The translations under genes were made by a program, and so were the position numbers. Positions 60,709-64,000 of a stretch of 64,000 bases of DNA are shown here, piece by piece. The notes under the pieces were generated by a model. That model was not told the DNA's origin. It made no database searches and saw only the letters and a list, made by a program, of their open reading frames with translations. Position 1 is the first letter of the stretch. Every line of letters begins with the position of its first letter. This stretch comes from an uncultured Sutterella sp. (GTDB lineage: Bacteria; Pseudomonadota; Gammaproteobacteria; Burkholderiales; Burkholderiaceae_F). Location of the stretch: assembly GCA_905212345.1 (NCBI GenBank), contig CAJMEC010000004.1:10326-74325 (forward strand). Reading direction: 5' to 3'.

Positions 60709-62376
60709 ATGACTGTGACCGTTAAGCCTAGATATAGAACGATGTGGATGTTCCCAAGAAACATCCGACGCATAGAACCGTGGAAACTTTCACAAATTAG
60801 CTCGTTGCTTAACGCGTGTCAGGTAATGCCAAAAACACAATCTGTACAAGATGACCTATACGCTCAACTTGCTGAACTGGGCGTTAAGCGCCGTGCTTCA
60901 GACTATGGTGTAGAAAATCCCGGTGGATTTAGAACTTATCTTGCTCAATTAAGTTGCTTAGGGCTCTTTTTTAAAAATAATGACGAGTTTTATCCTACTA
61001 TCGCAGGCAAACATGTAATGGAGGGGAACAATCCAACTGACGTTTTACGTTGTCAGTTGCTGAGAATGCAATTTCCCTCTGTCTACGGTAATGGGCGAAA
61101 TGTCAGTGTCGATCCGCAATTAAAAGTCAGACCTTTTGCTTTTCCAATTCATTTGATGCGGGATCCAGATCTTTCGGAACAACTGACTCAAGAAGAAATG
61201 GCTATTCCTGTCATTTACGGTCATACGGCCAGCGACTATGAAAAGTGCAAAGAGAAAATTCTTTGTCTACGGAATTTAAAACTCAGTATTCAAAATGTTA
61301 TTGATAACGTAAACGACGTTTGTACGCCCAAACGGTGGAACAATCCTCTTAATGGTCTTTCAACTGAAGAGTTGTTGGCTAAAGGCATTAGAGATGCTCT
61401 TGAAATAGCTAACACAGCCAAAAATTACCTTTTAGCGGCTGGATTAATAAATGAAGAAAAAACAGAAGAAGATACTAAGTACTGCAAAATTTCTGATGAT
61501 CCAAAAGCCAAAGAATCAATCATTCGATGGATGGGAGACTGGACCAAAGTTGAAAAATTAACAAAAGGGTATGAAATTCAGTGGCAGTACCGCTACGGAA
61601 GATACTCTCAAACAAAAGTAACAGTACCCTCATTAACTAAAAAACAGCATGTTGATGGATTGCAATGTCTGATTCAAACTTCTTTCATTAGCCAAGCTGA
61701 TGCCAATCCTTTTGCTCTAAACATTGACGAATTTGTTGAAGCTGAAGCAAAACGTTGGAACATAAGTAAAGCTGATGTTGAGAAATATATCAGCTCAATT
61801 CGATCGAAATCCCAAAATATATTTCGAGACAGAGTTATGCACGCCGCTTACTCAGGAGGAACTGAATCCTTTGAACTTGAGAACGCCATAACCAATATTT
61901 TTATCAAGTTAGGATTTGACCTAACTGAAAATATTGCTCAAAAGAAGGCTAAATCTCGTTCTGGCGGTTATCCGGATACTTATGTCAGAGCATCTTCATT
62001 AACAAAGGTTGGGTTTGCGGACGCGAAAGCAACCTCTCGTTATGATTTCCCTTTAAGTGACCGAGAAAAGTTAAAGTCGTACTATCATGATTGTTGGCTT
62101 GAACTTGATCCGCAGTATCCTGCTGTATGTTTTATTTATATTGCCGGCGGCTTTCTAGGCAAAGACAATTTGATTAAGACAAAACTTCGCGATTGTCAGA
62201 ATAATTACGGAAGACCCGTTTGTGCCATCACGGTCGCGGCACTCTTGGATTTATTAGACATGAAGTCAAGGCCAACAGCAGAAGCCCTTGGATTCGCCTT
62301 CTGTCAGACGGATTACTACAATTCAGCCCGATCCATTCTTGATGCGGCACAAAAATTTAACTCTGTTTTGAGCTAA
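60709..62376 (+). CDS. Hypothetical 555-aa protein with a C-terminal PD-(D/E)xK nuclease-like motif; candidate restriction endonuclease of the adjacent C5-methyltransferase
   Basis: C-terminal ...SGGYPDTYVRASSLTKVGFADAKATS (PD-x16-DAK) in the spacing of a PD-(D/E)xK active site. Sits 69 nt upstream of, and co-directional with, a C5-MTase gene. Strongly AT-rich codon usage unlike the flanking chromosome. The N-terminal 350 aa are unrecognised. Start codon uncertain: no SD at 60709, and internal Met candidates exist. Confidence 0.4.
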   Translation: MTVTVKPRYRTMWMFPRNIRRIEPWKLSQISSLLNACQVMPKTQSVQDDLYAQLAELGVKRRASDYGVENPGGFRTYLAQLSCLGLFFKNNDEFYPTIAGKHVMEGNNPTDVLRCQLLRMQFPSVYGNGRNVSVDPQLKVRPFAFPIHLMRDPDLSEQLTQEEMAIPVIYGHTASDYEKCKEKILCLRNLKLSIQNVIDNVNDVCTPKRWNNPLNGLSTEELLAKGIRDALEIANTAKNYLLAAGLINEEKTEEDTKYCKISDDPKAKESIIRWMGDWTKVEKLTKGYEIQWQYRYGRYSQTKVTVPSLTKKQHVDGLQCLIQTSFISQADANPFALNIDEFVEAEAKRWNISKADVEKYISSIRSKSQNIFRDRVMHAAYSGGTESFELENAITNIFIKLGFDLTENIAQKKAKSRSGGYPDTYVRASSLTKVGFADAKATSRYDFPLSDREKLKSYYHDCWLELDPQYPAVCFIYIAGGFLGKDNLIKTKLRDCQNNYGRPVCAITVAALLDLLDMKSRPTAEALGFAFCQTDYYNSARSILDAAQKFNSVLS

Positions 62377-62445
62377 ATCAGTTAAAACTTTATGGCTGAC
62401 ATTAGTAACGAATAGAATTAACGTTGCTTAAATTAGGGCCTCAAA

Positions 62446-63705
62446 ATGCGCAACAATGAATTAAAAATTCGTCTTGATGATCAAGAATACAACCAGTTTC
62501 TGCAAGCTTGTGCCTTAGAAAAAATCTCTCCTGCCTGCAAAGGAAGAGAGCTTTTGGTTCAATACACAAATACTATTCTTCGGCAAAGCGAGAATTTACC
62601 TCTTTTCCAACCCAAACAGAAAGCACGCGTAGCCTTAACCGTCGGAGAAATGTTTTGCGGTCCTGGCGGTATCGGTATTGCTTTAAATCGAGCTCAATCA
62701 GACCAATTTTGCTTCGAACACTCCTGGGCAACAGACTGGGATGCTGACACTTGCCGTACCTATCAAAACAATGTGTTGAAAAATCAACCTCAGGCAAAGT
62801 GTATTTGTGAGGATATCCGAAAACTGGACATTGACAGTTTGCCTTTGGTTGATGGATTCTTATACGGTTTCCCATGCAATGATTTTTCATTGGTCGGGAA
62901 AAGCAAAGGACTTGAGGGAAATTACGGCGGTCTGTATTCCTACGGTGTCAAATACATCAACAGAGCCAACCCAAAATTTTTCTTTGCAGAAAATGTCTCC
63001 GGCTTAAGCAGCGCCAATGAAGGCAAAGCTTTCTGGAAAATTTTGGCAGCATTAAATAATGCTGGCAAATTTGGCTATAACATCACTGCACATCTGTATA
63101 AATTCGAAGAATATGGTGTACCACAAGCACGACATCGTTACATTCTTGTTGGGGTACGCGGTGATTTGAATGCGACATTCAAAGTTCCAACCCCTGAAAA
63201 TCAAATCAAGACATGTAAAGAAGCATTAAAAGGAATCCCTGAATGGGCAGCTAATCAAGAACCTACAAAGCAAAGCCAAACAGTTCAGGAGAGATTAAGT
63301 TATATTCGTGAAGGTGAAAATGTATGGCAGGCCGAAGAAGCAGGACGTTTGCCTGAGCACCTCAAATTAAACGTTCGTTCCGCCAAATTAAGCCAAATTT
63401 ATCGTCGTTTGGACTCATCCAAGCCAGCTTATACAATCACTGGCTCCGGCGGCGGAACTCACGTTTACCACTGGAAAGAAAACAGAGCCCTGACCAACAG
63501 AGAGAGAGCACGACTGCAAACATTCCCTGATGATTTCGTTTTTTGCGGCAGTAAAGAATCCGTTAGAAAACAAATTGGAATGGCTGTGCCGTGTGACGGA
63601 GCCCAGATAATTTTGGAATCTATCCTTAAAACGCTCGAGGGGGCTGATTACCCGTCTATTGAGCCAACTGTCGGTATTTTCCCTGCGAAATCCCTCAAAG
63701 AATAG
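62446..63705 (+). CDS. DNA (cytosine-5)-methyltransferase
   Basis: Motif I FCGPGGIGIAL, motif IV GFPCNDFS (catalytic Cys), motif VI ENV, motif VIII-like QARHRY. A long variable target-recognition region before motif IX/X. 419 aa. Confidence 0.85.
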   Translation: MRNNELKIRLDDQEYNQFLQACALEKISPACKGRELLVQYTNTILRQSENLPLFQPKQKARVALTVGEMFCGPGGIGIALNRAQSDQFCFEHSWATDWDADTCRTYQNNVLKNQPQAKCICEDIRKLDIDSLPLVDGFLYGFPCNDFSLVGKSKGLEGNYGGLYSYGVKYINRANPKFFFAENVSGLSSANEGKAFWKILAALNNAGKFGYNITAHLYKFEEYGVPQARHRYILVGVRGDLNATFKVPTPENQIKTCKEALKGIPEWAANQEPTKQSQTVQERLSYIREGENVWQAEEAGRLPEHLKLNVRSAKLSQIYRRLDSSKPAYTITGSGGGTHVYHWKENRALTNRERARLQTFPDDFVFCGSKESVRKQIGMAVPCDGAQIILESILKTLEGADYPSIEPTVGIFPAKSLKE

Positions 63706-64000
63706 GCGATGCGTACAGAATATGGCGGACAATAAAGACAGTATCGCTAGAAGTTGGAATATGTCTCGTATTCATGTGGGATTTATTAAGTTAAGGGACA
63801 GGTGTTCTTAAACATTGGGACAAGGATTCTTACCGATTGGGACACTTCGAGAAAAGATAAATTCTTAGGCATTGAGACAGCCATCATCAAAAGTCCAATA
63901 ATCATTTAAGGCTTTATTTTCATAGGAGGACCTTAAATGAAATCTATCCCGTTAAACATTCTTAGCGACATTTTAATCGGTCTAAAAGATGGATTAAGTT

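Noticed and set aside
63937-64000. ATG-initiated ORF (MKSIPLNILSDILIGLKDGLS...) running off the right edge
   Set aside because: Only 21 codons are visible, there is no strong RBS and no motif. It does not resemble Vsr, which often follows Dcm-type methyltransferases. Too little sequence to call.
1-64000. CRISPR arrays, rRNA operons, IS elements and transposase genes
   Set aside because: No regularly spaced direct repeats, no rRNA-like conserved blocks, and no transposase-like ORFs or terminal inverted repeats were seen anywhere in the window.

Overview
This 64-kb window is mostly chromosomal housekeeping DNA with one candidate restriction-modification island. The backbone looks like an anaerobic or facultative gamma-proteobacterium: gene order lon-tRNA-ppiD, mltG-tmk-holB, thyA-folA and nrdDG. 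A Succinivibrionaceae/Aeromonadales-like organism is a low-confidence guess only. Coding density is high and most genes are recognisable housekeeping or transport functions.

Recognisable genes include lon, ppiD, nnr, purL, yciB, an M16 peptidase, ygfZ, mltG, tmk, holB, rng, sdaA, folA, thyA, ribB, metQ, ansB, nrdD and nrdG. There is a polar amino-acid ABC transporter and several LysE/RhtB/RarD/MFS/DAACS transporters.

Features that stand out:
- a tRNA-Val/tRNA-Asp pair between lon and ppiD;
- a 498-aa tyrosine recombinase wedged against holB;
- an [FeFe]-hydrogenase (HydA) with a GltD-like NAD(P)H oxidoreductase partner, preceded by a YheO-family regulator and a ThrC-like PLP enzyme;
- a textbook FMN riboswitch between hydA and ribB;
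- a Tat-signal-bearing HisC-family aminotransferase;
- a Cys-rich MerR regulator paired with an unknown membrane protein;
- a diaminopropionate ammonia-lyase gene broken by one in-frame amber codon;
- an AT-rich segment at the right end carrying a candidate Type II restriction-modification system, with a 555-aa PD-(D/E)xK protein of unrecognised family and a C5-cytosine methyltransferase, next to nrdDG, which has a near-consensus NrdR box.

I saw no rRNA, CRISPR array or IS element. All similarity statements are from memory of protein families and motifs, not from database searches.
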